IMG/VR virus record: IMGVR_UViG_3300012919_000008
Location: 1-55,741 of that record
Reading direction: 5' to 3' (one strand)
From: a virus
Lineage: Duplodnaviria > Caudoviricetes
Length of the DNA stretch: 55,741 bases
The translations under genes were made by a program, and so were the position numbers. Of this stretch, positions 45,042 through 55,153 are shown piece after piece (position 1 is the stretch's first letter; each line of letters starts with the position of its first letter). The notes beneath the pieces were generated by a model that made no database searches, was not told the DNA's origin, and saw nothing but the letters and a program-made list of their open reading frames with translations.

Positions 45042-48000
45042 CTAACGCATTTTCTTCATTATTTGTTTTTGTCTCTTTTCTATTACTAGTTCTGATTCTT
45101 CTGTTATTTGCTTTTTTATTATAGACTGCTTTTGTTTTATAAGATCAACTATATATCTAAGGTCAGCTACATTAGTAAGATCTGCTCGTTTTCCTGTATC
45201 TCTATAAAATTCAAGCTGTGCATCCTGTTTATCTGCTTTAGATCCTGTTTTCTTATAAGCATTATAGGCAGCTATATATCTAACTTCCTCATTGACAGGG
45301 TTCTCTAATCTTTGTTTTGTTAAATTAGACACAACGCCCTTTTTTACTTTTATTAGTCGTCCTATGAAAGTACGCATCTTATCCCTTACATACTCTTTCT
45401 TTCCAAAAGCTCTCTCCCCCTCTTTTGTTATGTAACCTGTTCGTAATCTAATAATCTCTCGCTCTTTTTTTGGCAGAGAAAGCCACTCCTTCTCATATTC
45501 TTTTTCCATAGCTAATGCGTTTTCATATATGCCAGACATATAATTTTTTAACAGTGCTTTTTGTGCTCTAGCAACAGATGGGGTGTTACTAAATTTACTA
45601 ATTTTAAAATCATATATACCATATTTCCTAAAAAATCTACCCATAGGTGTTGTCTTTTTAATGTTCAACCCAAAAGTAACATTTAATCCTTCAGTTAACT
45701 TTGTCTTAGTATCCTCACCAAATAGACTCACTCGCATTCTAGGATTAGTCATGGTTGGCACAGTTGGATCTGCTTTCATAGCTTCGTAAAGATCAAAAGG
45801 ATCAGGGTATCTAGCCTTTAAATATCTCATTCGTTCTCTTTTAAAATTACTTATAGGCTCCCCATCACTATCTAATTCACCGGGAATTATATCATAACTA
45901 GTGTCTAGACTTCCTACAGGTCTATTACCAAAGGCTACGTCTGCTTGGTAAAACTGTTGAAAGTATTGACCAAAACTCATATAATAATTTGTAAATGCTT
46001 TTTCTAAAGCTACCATTTGATTAGGTGTTAGCTTTATATTTTCTGGATCTATATTTCTACCAGCTACTCCTTGAGTTATACCTACTATGTGCTCTACAAA
46101 GGGAGACACTGAACCCCAATAGTTTCGTCCTGCCTCTGCACCTGCTAAAATTTTAACTGCATTCTTGTACCCATCCCTATTTACTACAAAGTCTGCTAAA
46201 TCACCCTCAAACATTTCATATGCTATTCTAGATGCTAACGCTAAATCTGGAATAGGCGATAGTGGTCCTAAATTTACATCGTAATTTAACACTCTAGCTG
46301 TATCAGGTTCGTTGGGCAATTCCTCATCATTTAAAGAAATTATACCATAACCTGCACCTATGGCAGAAACACCAACTATATTTCTAGATATTCTCTCTCT
46401 GTCTTTTGCATTTAGTGGTGCTTTAAACGCTGCCTCAAAATCTACATTCATTATTTCATCTACTTCTTTTTTAATTTGGGCTTTTGTTTTTTTAGATGTA
46501 ACAGACTTAACTATTTTACTTGTTGTGGAAGTAGCACTACGAACACCACCAAATTCATAGTTAAGTAAGTAATACATTCTTTTAGTTGCAGGTATAGAAC
46601 TACCAAGCATGTATTGACCTATTAGTTCTGCTTTGTTAAATAAAAATCTAGGAAACGCAGTGGTAAATGCTGTTAGTCCATAGTTAACTAAAAAATTTGT
46701 AAACTGTCTAAATACTTTTATTTCTGGCTGTTTAGCATAGGTATCACTAAGACCTTTCATAGTGGCACGTTCAGCTAACTCTAAAAATCCCGGCTTACCT
46801 TCAGGAACTAGAGAAGGATCATTGTTTAATAGTTGTTGTATTTTACCCTCTCTTAAGGTTGTAAATAAATCTATACCATATTCTAACCTAACCTGTCTTT
46901 GTAAGTCAGCAAGAACAGATGCCCTACGTATGGTAAACTCTTGAAGCCTGTTTGGTATGTTAGCCCACTGTACTGAATCTTCAAAAACTTCAAAAACTTG
47001 ATCTACTCTTCTAGCAGTTTGAGCTAACATATTATTACCTAGTGGGATGTTACCTTTCTTTGCTTCCTGTATATCGCTAAATATTTCAAACATTCTATTG
47101 TATTTATCAAATAGCTGTGGTCTTTTGTATATATATTCTAGAGTATCTTTAGCATCTGCTTGATTACTAAATATCCATGCTGTTTGTTTTAAAGAATCTT
47201 TCCAACTGGTTGAACCGGGTAGAAGCTCTTTCATACCTAGCTTAAAACCCTTGTCAGCCGCAGTATACATTGCACCATCTAGAACATTACCTAAAACTTC
47301 CATAGGACTACGTGCTATTATATGTGCTTCCGCATTTCTAAATGCAGTTTTTAGTGCAGCAACAAGTATACCTCTACGAATACCTTCCACTCGTATTAAT
47401 AAATTACCATAAAAATTTATATTTTCTCTTAGTAGTTTATCTGCATTAAAATCTTTATCTGTTTGTGCGGCTTTGTTTCTGCCCACTATCGTTCCAAATT
47501 TTTGAAGTATTTTACCCGCCTGTGATGCAGTAGATGTTGCAGTTAATATAAACTCTTCAAAAGACAAACCATACTTTGACAGTGTGCTTAACAACTCTGG
47601 ATCAGATACTAAACGATTACCATCTTTATCAGTAGCTATTACTACCTCTGTAATTTGATCTAACAAATTACCTTTATCGCCTTTTTTCTTAGCCTTAAAG
47701 TTATCAGGAAATCTTTTTCTAAAGTCAGTAGCTAATGCAATTAAACCGTTTAGTTTATCAGGTTGTAGTAAAGGCTCAAATGCAGGTATGAAGTTAGGGT
47801 CTGCCTTATCTAATATACCAGCTTTTTTATCTGCAATCGCTTGACCTGAACTTTTTACTAGATCCATATCTATTTGTAGATTGCCTTTACTATCTACTTT
47901 ACTTATTTTTACACCTACCTGTTCTTCAAAACTTTTTATTAAATCATTTCGCACACCTACATTAGCTTCTGCAATCTTTCTATTTCGTGCTTCTATCTCG

Positions 48001-49001
48001 CTCATTACCTGACTTTCCATCTGCCTTGCTTCTCTTGCTGTCATCACAGATAGTTTTGTAGGATCTTCTCTAATAGCCTGTGCTTTTTCTGTGCCTCTAA
48101 TATCGACTACTTCATCTTTAAATTCTTTTTTAACAGGGTCGTAAGTTCGTATAGTAGTTTTAAAACCTGCATCCATATCTAATCCAACAAGACGTTCTTC
48201 ATCAGTTGCTGGTAACATTGGTCCAGCACTTTTGTCTGTCGGTTGAAATAACTCTACCTTTGTAGGCTTAGTATATGCTGGCATTGCCTTGGCTGCTAAA
48301 AGAGGCACACCTACTATAGGAAAATCTAGAGATTCAGATAACATAAGAAAATCTTTTACTATTTTTTGAGCAGTTTCTGCTGGACCCATTTTACCACCTG
48401 CTACACGATCCACTACAGATGCCTGTAGCAAGTCATAATAATTTGGATGCTTATCTCTTAGATATATCATGCCAGCTTCTATACCATCTGCCGTATATCC
48501 TATACCTTTAAAAAATCCATGTAGGAGGTTCATAGAGTTTCTAAATACCTTAGGTCCAACAACATTACCAAATGTTTTAAAGGCATTGTCCTCTGGTAAC
48601 TTATCTATCACTTCTTTTTGTATGCGGTCATCTCTAAACTCTTTTATAAACATACCGCTAATACCACCTACGGTGTATGGCTCTTCTTCTTTTTCAATTT
48701 TTTCTATAGGATCCATTATAGGTTTAAAACTTTTTGTAGCAGCACCTACAAAATCTACGTCACCTTTTCTCTCAATAGGAACCTCTTCACCGTATAAATT
48801 TACACGTGTTTTAGGCTCACCTATAGTAAAACCTAACTCTTCTGGCTGTTCATCAGATGCAGTAGGAATAGTGCTCACAGGTTCTTCTTTTGCTTGTACA
48901 GGTTGAGTTACAGACAACATGCGCTGACTTCTCATTGCATTCTCTCTTGCTGTTTCCATAGCACGTAGTTGTTGTTCCATCTGTTCTTCTGTTAATCGCA
49001 T
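45042..49001 (-). CDS. Large internal virion (ejection) protein
   Basis: 1319 aa, helical, last gene of the late arm as in T7-like phages; assigned by position. Confidence 0.55.
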   Translation of the reverse strand: MRLTEEQMEQQLRAMETARENAMRSQRMLSVTQPVQAKEEPVSTIPTASDEQPEELGFTIGEPKTRVNLYGEEVPIERKGDVDFVGAATKSFKPIMDPIEKIEKEEEPYTVGGISGMFIKEFRDDRIQKEVIDKLPEDNAFKTFGNVVGPKVFRNSMNLLHGFFKGIGYTADGIEAGMIYLRDKHPNYYDLLQASVVDRVAGGKMGPAETAQKIVKDFLMLSESLDFPIVGVPLLAAKAMPAYTKPTKVELFQPTDKSAGPMLPATDEERLVGLDMDAGFKTTIRTYDPVKKEFKDEVVDIRGTEKAQAIREDPTKLSVMTAREARQMESQVMSEIEARNRKIAEANVGVRNDLIKSFEEQVGVKISKVDSKGNLQIDMDLVKSSGQAIADKKAGILDKADPNFIPAFEPLLQPDKLNGLIALATDFRKRFPDNFKAKKKGDKGNLLDQITEVVIATDKDGNRLVSDPELLSTLSKYGLSFEEFILTATSTASQAGKILQKFGTIVGRNKAAQTDKDFNADKLLRENINFYGNLLIRVEGIRRGILVAALKTAFRNAEAHIIARSPMEVLGNVLDGAMYTAADKGFKLGMKELLPGSTSWKDSLKQTAWIFSNQADAKDTLEYIYKRPQLFDKYNRMFEIFSDIQEAKKGNIPLGNNMLAQTARRVDQVFEVFEDSVQWANIPNRLQEFTIRRASVLADLQRQVRLEYGIDLFTTLREGKIQQLLNNDPSLVPEGKPGFLELAERATMKGLSDTYAKQPEIKVFRQFTNFLVNYGLTAFTTAFPRFLFNKAELIGQYMLGSSIPATKRMYYLLNYEFGGVRSATSTTSKIVKSVTSKKTKAQIKKEVDEIMNVDFEAAFKAPLNAKDRERISRNIVGVSAIGAGYGIISLNDEELPNEPDTARVLNYDVNLGPLSPIPDLALASRIAYEMFEGDLADFVVNRDGYKNAVKILAGAEAGRNYWGSVSPFVEHIVGITQGVAGRNIDPENIKLTPNQMVALEKAFTNYYMSFGQYFQQFYQADVAFGNRPVGSLDTSYDIIPGELDSDGEPISNFKRERMRYLKARYPDPFDLYEAMKADPTVPTMTNPRMRVSLFGEDTKTKLTEGLNVTFGLNIKKTTPMGRFFRKYGIYDFKISKFSNTPSVARAQKALLKNYMSGIYENALAMEKEYEKEWLSLPKKEREIIRLRTGYITKEGERAFGKKEYVRDKMRTFIGRLIKVKKGVVSNLTKQRLENPVNEEVRYIAAYNAYKKTGSKADKQDAQLEFYRDTGKRADLTNVADLRYIVDLIKQKQSIIKKQITEESELVIEKRQKQIMKKMR

Positions 49002-49007
49002 ATTCTG

Positions 49008-50498
49008 TTATTCTCCCACTTGCTTAAGTTTATACATATTTATTAGTTCTTGTTTTGTTGTAGCAGTGAAGTAAAAATTATCAGAAAAAATATCTGGATC
49101 TAATATACCTAAACCTGTATATATAGCAAACACTCCATTTATTAAAACAAAGTCACCTACCCTTAGTTTACCTTTATCAGCAGCTTCCAATGCCTCCCTA
49201 TTTGTATTAAATTCATTGGGTGCTGAAGTTTTAGTTGAACCAGATATAATTTGTGATTTTATTTTGTTTTTTATTGCAGTTTCTACAGGTGTTTTTAACC
49301 TTGTAGGACTTTGTACCATAGCTACAATATTTCCAGCAGTCTTATCTGTTTCATTTTGAATCATAAGTTTAGCAGATCGCGCAGTTTCTGTAACTATGCC
49401 TATCTGCCCCTCCTTACCAGCACTTGTCAATCTATCTATTTCAATTTCATCTAGCTTATCCATTCTAGGTCTTACCCTTTTAAATCCACTTACAATCTCC
49501 GACAATATCATCGTAGACATATTATACTCTTCTATTGTTACATCTCTACCTTGAGCAGCATCTTGAAATTTCTGACTTAATTTAGTAACTACAGGATTTG
49601 AATATAACATTGCACCGTCTTGCACTATAGCTTTAGCATTTTTAAGTGCTGATTCAATGATAGTCTTTGGCTTTTCTGTGTATCTTCTATCTACATCAGT
49701 AACGGTAGGTGCTCTGTTATTTGGGTAATCAGAAAGTGCTTTTCCTAATTTCGTAACCAGATTCTCTAGTTTAGATATTTTATCTGCATCGTTAGGATTA
49801 AGTGTCCCATTTTCTTTTTGTATTGAAAGTTCAATAAGTTTTAATTTGGATTCTTCATATGCTTTTTTTAATGAGTCTCCTTCATTATCCATTATATTTC
49901 TAAGTCTGTCTGTATCTATACGTGCAGCCACTACTTGTTCTGTTGGTTGTTCTACATCTGCTGATTCAGGTTTTAAACCTAACGCTCTAGCAGTCTGACC
50001 ATAATCAACTGTAACTGGACCCCTTGTAAGACTTCGCTCACCTATCTGTACAGTTTCAGGTATGGGAACAGCATCAGGATCTGTGAAAGGTTTGACAGAA
50101 TCTTCCGTTATAGTTTGTATAGTAGATTTATCGCCCTCAAAAGTGCTGTTAGAACTACCCAACTCTGGGTGCGTTATCTCTACCAAAGAAGGTAGATCTA
50201 TCCCTTTAGTAAATTTTAATTTCATAGCATTTTCATAAAACTCTTCACCAGCACCCTGCTTAACTAAAGCAGATGCAGCCTGTTTACTATACCCTACTGT
50301 TACTAGTTTTTTATACATTTCAACTGCTTCTTTATTAGCTTTACGTTTAGAATCTCTTTTTCTCTGTGATCTATCTATAAAGCTAGTTATTAATTTACTA
50401 CGGATAGCGGCATTCTCTTTTGCCTTTAAAGCGTCCTGCTCTCTAACAACATCTGCAATTGCACCACCAACATCACCTATAACATTAAATATACTCAT
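49008..50498 (-). CDS. Putative internal virion protein
   Basis: 496 aa in the ejection-protein position. Confidence 0.5.
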   Translation of the reverse strand: MSIFNVIGDVGGAIADVVREQDALKAKENAAIRSKLITSFIDRSQRKRDSKRKANKEAVEMYKKLVTVGYSKQAASALVKQGAGEEFYENAMKLKFTKGIDLPSLVEITHPELGSSNSTFEGDKSTIQTITEDSVKPFTDPDAVPIPETVQIGERSLTRGPVTVDYGQTARALGLKPESADVEQPTEQVVAARIDTDRLRNIMDNEGDSLKKAYEESKLKLIELSIQKENGTLNPNDADKISKLENLVTKLGKALSDYPNNRAPTVTDVDRRYTEKPKTIIESALKNAKAIVQDGAMLYSNPVVTKLSQKFQDAAQGRDVTIEEYNMSTMILSEIVSGFKRVRPRMDKLDEIEIDRLTSAGKEGQIGIVTETARSAKLMIQNETDKTAGNIVAMVQSPTRLKTPVETAIKNKIKSQIISGSTKTSAPNEFNTNREALEAADKGKLRVGDFVLINGVFAIYTGLGILDPDIFSDNFYFTATTKQELINMYKLKQVGE

Positions 50499-51043
50499 TA
50501 TATTCTCCTAGACATTAATCCAACAGGTTCTTCTTCAACCTCTTCTTCTTCTTCTGCACCTTCGTTAGCAAACGCATCAAACTCACTAGTATCTAACATG
50601 TCATCTTGAGCCTCACTAGCCATTTCTTTATCTGCTAATGCAATCTGTGTATCTGTCATAATTTCTCTGTCTTCTTCTTCTGTTCCAGTTTTAAATGGAA
50701 CATTTTCATTCTCAGCTATTAGTGCTAAACTTTCAACCAATGCAGGTAGCACAAGTATACCCACATCTACACTGTGATAACCCTCCATCACAGATCCTAG
50801 CTGTAGTGCATTAGCTATGATAGTCAACGGTATGCCATTCTCAATGACATCTAGTAAGTCATCCTTAAACTTATCATTATCCATTCTTTGCATGTAAAAC
50901 TGCATGGCCTCATCTACAGTGGAGTACTGTGGTGGTTTCTGCCAAGGTCTGCCACCATACTCTGCTGTTAGACTTTCTCCGGGAATAGGACCATCTATGT
51001 TTATAGGTTCTCTAGCTCTCATCTGTTCTGTTCCTTCTAGCAT
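50498..51043 (-). CDS. Hypothetical acidic structural-module protein
   Basis: PIPGESLT...PWQKPPQY; C-terminal GLMSRR. Confidence 0.6.
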   Translation of the reverse strand: MLEGTEQMRAREPINIDGPIPGESLTAEYGGRPWQKPPQYSTVDEAMQFYMQRMDNDKFKDDLLDVIENGIPLTIIANALQLGSVMEGYHSVDVGILVLPALVESLALIAENENVPFKTGTEEEDREIMTDTQIALADKEMASEAQDDMLDTSEFDAFANEGAEEEEEVEEEPVGLMSRRI

Positions 51044-51206
51044 TTCTTAGTTGTGTAAAGTAATATCTAGCTATATCACCGGGTGACATATCACCTTCTT
51101 TTCTTCTACTACCACCTTTTGATAATAAACCTCTCTTTGGTTTTTCCTCCTCTATCTCAAGTGGTGTAATACTTTTGTATGCTATTCTAGCTGGATCATT
51201 TATCAT
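51012..51206 (-). CDS. Hypothetical protein
   Basis: AAGGA RBS; 64 aa. Confidence 0.5.
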   Translation of the reverse strand: MINDPARIAYKSITPLEIEEEKPKRGLLSKGGSRRKEGDMSPGDIARYYFTQLRNARRNRTDES

Positions 51207-51222
51207 TGTTTATTTCCTTACG

Positions 51223-54200
51223 TTATATAGGTAACAAACTACCTATCACACTATCTTTCTCTGCTGTTAGGAATGTACCAATCAACTTACCAAAGCCAAT
51301 TGCAGACTGCTGATCACGCTTTGCTGCCTCTACATCAGTGGTCACTTTTGCCTGTAGTTCTGCAATAGCTAGTCTTATCTGTCTGTCACGCTCATTCTCA
51401 GCACTTTGATATGCAAACTCCATAGTGTCTGCATAGTACTGCCAGAGATCGTTATATGCAGTATTAGATATGTCTAGTAATGCAGCAGCATTTAATTCAT
51501 TGGCTCTGTTGATAGCTTGAGTATCAGCAGTTGCTATGGATCTTCTCCACTGTGCATTGCTTTGATCTATCACCAATCTATTCTGTGCATTAAACTGATC
51601 ACGTTGATTGGCTAGTTCCTCGTTAAATCTATTTATAACATTTTCTTGACCCGCATTAAACTGCTCTATGGCATTTTCCTGTGATTTATTAAACTGACTA
51701 GTTTGTGTAGCTAAGTTAGCGAAAAACTGATCCGTTTGATTTTGAGATGTTGCATTAAATTGTCTAGCTGCGTTTTCAGCAGCACTATCAGAAAGTATAG
51801 CCTGTATACGATTCTGTGCGTTAAATATCTCAATCTGTTGATCGTTCGATGCTTCAGTTAAATCTTTTTGTAAGAATGCTTGTGCAGCCTGTACAGCAGC
51901 CTGTTGCCTGTTATTTAAATTAGCTACATCTAACTGTGCTAATGAAGATGCTTCTGCTAGAGTCAAAGCCTGTTTGTTACTAAGATCCTGCAATCTTAAT
52001 GTGTTTACTGCTCTGCTGTTCTCTAACACAACCTGTTGTTCCGCAGTAAAGTTTCTATCTGCTATGTCAGCTACTCTAGCCGCATTAGTAACACGTGCCT
52101 GAAACTCTTGCGTGAACTCTTGTCCTATTGCAGTTGCACGTTGCTGTGCATAAAACGCTGCCATCTGTTGTCTATTAGATAAGTTCTGCCCTTCAAACTG
52201 TGCCTGTATTTGTGCATCTGCTTGTGCTATAGGCAGGGCTGCCTCCATTGCTGCTTGCACGATAGCCTGTCCAGCTATGGATGATGAACCTAAACCACGC
52301 CTAACCATCTCAGCAGTAGCGGCTCTCATTGCACCTGCTGCCCAAGGTGGGTTTATAGGATTACCTACCTCATCTACTTTTTCAAACTCAGCTAGCAATG
52401 TAGTAAGTTGACCTTTTACTGTGGCTGTTTCACTAGGAGTTGCTGTAGCTGCTGCTATCTCTTCTACAAATTTTGCTGCATTTTCTGCTATTGCATTATT
52501 TAGCACAGTTTCTTGTGGAGTCATATCAGGTCGTGTGGCAGCAACTGCTTGTGCTACCTCTTCAGTTTCAGGTGCATCAAGACCTGTAACAGCAGACCCA
52601 ACCTGCTGTGCAGCTTTAGGTGTAGCTAAAACTCTACCTGTAACAGCGTCAGAAGTAAAAGTTACATCTTGTCCTGTAGTGCCAGTAGTTACATCTTCAA
52701 CACTTCTTTGAGCTTTGTCCACTGTTGCTGTACCTATTGTGGTAGGTTTAGTGGTAGCTGTAGCATCTGAAGGATCTCCAGCTTTTGCAACACTAGCTGT
52801 TAAATCACCTGAAACTTCTCCTAATCCTGTAGTGGTAGGTAGTGTTGTTCCTGTTGGAACCGCACCACCGGGCTGTGCTATTTTCTGTGCTTGTAACTTA
52901 GTGTCACCTACAAGTGTAGGAGTTTCTAATCTAACAGTAGAAATACCACCTATAGTTTGTTGTCCTGCATACGGAGATACAGGAGGTACTAGAGCATCTA
53001 TCTTAGGTCTAGTACCCTGCAACATCTCCTGTCTACCAAACTGTATAAAGTGTTGACGTAATTCAAAGTCACTTAGATTGGCTAAGTCAGGATTGTTATC
53101 TCTATAGATAGCTAACTCTACATTGTTTAGTATCTGTGCATTTCTATCAAAGTTAGTAGCACCTGCTGCACCACCAATCTGTATGTATGTTCTACGTAGT
53201 TCTGTAGGTGTAAGATTTTCATATGCATCATTAGAGTATCTAAATGCTTCTAGCTGTGCAGGTGTTAAATCAAACTGCACTAGTCTAGGTCTACCACCTT
53301 CTGCTATCTCTCTTCTACCAAAGTCAGCATAGTGTGCTCTAGCTTTTGCAAGTGTAGCTGGATCATTGTTAGGACCAAATGCCTCACGTAAATCAGGATA
53401 CTGGTCTAAGTAGTCTATGATAACCTGATCTGACACACCATCAAAGTTACTAGGTGCATTAGATAAACCTGTTACAGGATTAATATTCTCCTGATTACCA
53501 AACGCATTAAAGTGTGCCTGTGCTAATCTTTGATTTTTTTCTTCTTCAGATAAACCCTGTAATGTAGCAGGATCTATACCGAAAGTTTCACCTCCTGCTA
53601 TAGCCTGTGCTATGTCAGGTCTATTAGCTAAATACGTGCTACCAACAACAGATCCGGGTGGTGGTGCAGGTGGTTGTGTATCTGTATCTGTAGTTGGTTG
53701 TGTATCTGTGCCTGTATCTAGTGCAGTTACTCGTACACCCGGTTGATACTGTCCAACAGGTAACTGTGCATTTCTAAATTGTGGCATTGCATTTATAGCT
53801 GCTTGTTGTTCTGGAGTATTAGAATAAAAGTTACGTATGTGTTGTTGTTCTGGAGTCAAACTTTCATTAGGTGTAGATGATAACTCTTGTAGTGTAGCAA
53901 ATGTACGGTTAGGATCAGGTTGTATAGGTTGTGTAGTTGTGCCTTCTCCTGCTGATGGTGTAGTAGTGTCTGTTGTTGGTGGTTGTGTTACAGTATCTCT
54001 GTCATCTGTGGGTGGTGGTACAAAAGTTTGTGTTACACCAGTACCAAGATCTCTTTCTTCTTTAAAACCAAACTCTCTAAAATGTTTTAGTCCTGCTTCA
54101 GCTACTTTAGCTCTATCTCTACCTCCTGTTTCTGGGTTAATAGGAACTTGACCAATTACATCTGGATTAGCCACCGCATATAATTCAGGATTAAATCCTT

Positions 54201-54543
54201 GTGGTAGTTGAGTTAATCTTTGCTCACCACCACCAAACTTTCTATAGTGATCTTCTGCACTAGAAAACTGACCCTGTGATATAGCCTGTAAAACATCTGG
54301 ATTTGCTGTTAAGTATTCTTCTCTATTAAAACCCTCAGGTATAGCAAACCCACCTTCTTGAAACTTACGCACGTAACCACCACTAGCCATGAGCATAGCT
54401 TTGTTTACGTAGCTATTCATCATCTGTTGCTTATCAGGGTTTTCCTGTAAATATTCTTGAAAGCCTGTCATTGGACCTGTGTAGCCCATTCTATCAGCTA
54501 TCTTACGCATTCCTGATTCTTTAAAACCTGCTAACTGTGCCAT
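51223..54543 (-). CDS. Putative internal virion protein with N-terminal NPDV repeats and Q/N/A-rich coiled coil
   Basis: Five clear repeats of Y...PD...H[YF]..FG..E; C-terminal QFN-rich helical region. Confidence 0.65.
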   Translation of the reverse strand: MAQLAGFKESGMRKIADRMGYTGPMTGFQEYLQENPDKQQMMNSYVNKAMLMASGGYVRKFQEGGFAIPEGFNREEYLTANPDVLQAISQGQFSSAEDHYRKFGGGEQRLTQLPQGFNPELYAVANPDVIGQVPINPETGGRDRAKVAEAGLKHFREFGFKEERDLGTGVTQTFVPPPTDDRDTVTQPPTTDTTTPSAGEGTTTQPIQPDPNRTFATLQELSSTPNESLTPEQQHIRNFYSNTPEQQAAINAMPQFRNAQLPVGQYQPGVRVTALDTGTDTQPTTDTDTQPPAPPPGSVVGSTYLANRPDIAQAIAGGETFGIDPATLQGLSEEEKNQRLAQAHFNAFGNQENINPVTGLSNAPSNFDGVSDQVIIDYLDQYPDLREAFGPNNDPATLAKARAHYADFGRREIAEGGRPRLVQFDLTPAQLEAFRYSNDAYENLTPTELRRTYIQIGGAAGATNFDRNAQILNNVELAIYRDNNPDLANLSDFELRQHFIQFGRQEMLQGTRPKIDALVPPVSPYAGQQTIGGISTVRLETPTLVGDTKLQAQKIAQPGGAVPTGTTLPTTTGLGEVSGDLTASVAKAGDPSDATATTKPTTIGTATVDKAQRSVEDVTTGTTGQDVTFTSDAVTGRVLATPKAAQQVGSAVTGLDAPETEEVAQAVAATRPDMTPQETVLNNAIAENAAKFVEEIAAATATPSETATVKGQLTTLLAEFEKVDEVGNPINPPWAAGAMRAATAEMVRRGLGSSSIAGQAIVQAAMEAALPIAQADAQIQAQFEGQNLSNRQQMAAFYAQQRATAIGQEFTQEFQARVTNAARVADIADRNFTAEQQVVLENSRAVNTLRLQDLSNKQALTLAEASSLAQLDVANLNNRQQAAVQAAQAFLQKDLTEASNDQQIEIFNAQNRIQAILSDSAAENAARQFNATSQNQTDQFFANLATQTSQFNKSQENAIEQFNAGQENVINRFNEELANQRDQFNAQNRLVIDQSNAQWRRSIATADTQAINRANELNAAALLDISNTAYNDLWQYYADTMEFAYQSAENERDRQIRLAIAELQAKVTTDVEAAKRDQQSAIGFGKLIGTFLTAEKDSVIGSLLPI

Positions 54544-54549
54544 CTTATA

Positions 54550-54786
54550 TTACCTTTTTTCTAATACCTTATCTAGCTTATCTTCTAGACGGTGTAGTGC
54601 TTCTGTTACCATACGCATGTCTTCTCTAAGTTCCTGCTTAGTTGAGTAGTCTTCTCTAGTTCTATTAAGTAGTATGTCTATGCGTTTAACTTCAGCCATT
54701 AGATTTCTAAACATCCATATGGCAGGACCAATGACTAAAGTTAAAACAACATTCCAAAATATTACTGGTGATATTTCTTCAAACAT
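54550..54786 (-). CDS. Small membrane-anchored coiled-coil protein
   Basis: N-terminal TM helix, then LNRTREDY...LEDKLD. Confidence 0.6.
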   Translation of the reverse strand: MFEEISPVIFWNVVLTLVIGPAIWMFRNLMAEVKRIDILLNRTREDYSTKQELREDMRMVTEALHRLEDKLDKVLEKR

Positions 54787-54797
54787 AGTTTACCCTC

Positions 54798-55142
54798 TTA
54801 CAATGTAGCATTACATGCATCTAAAGCATCCCATACTCTCTTAGCATGGGCAGCATTATCAAACGCTACAGTCTTCTCTGGATCATCTGGATCTGGATCA
54901 GTCCAATCACCTGATACAGAAGTTAAATATGTTTGAAGAGCCTCTTTACTTGCAATCTCTTCAAAGTCTCCACTACCACCATCTTTAACAATGCCAATCA
55001 TAACATTATCTCTAGGTGCAGCAGTATCACTATCTACCACCACATACACTCCATGCATACCCATTGGGTCATGTCCAAAATGTAAAAAGTCTGGTATTGT
55101 TCCATCAGCGTTTAGCCGATACTTGCATACTTTGTAAGCCAT
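54798..55142 (-). CDS. Hypothetical protein
   Basis: GAGGA RBS; 114 aa. Confidence 0.6.
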   Translation of the reverse strand: MAYKVCKYRLNADGTIPDFLHFGHDPMGMHGVYVVVDSDTAAPRDNVMIGIVKDGGSGDFEEIASKEALQTYLTSVSGDWTDPDPDDPEKTVAFDNAAHAKRVWDALDACNATL

Positions 55143-55153
55143 ATTAGTTCCTC

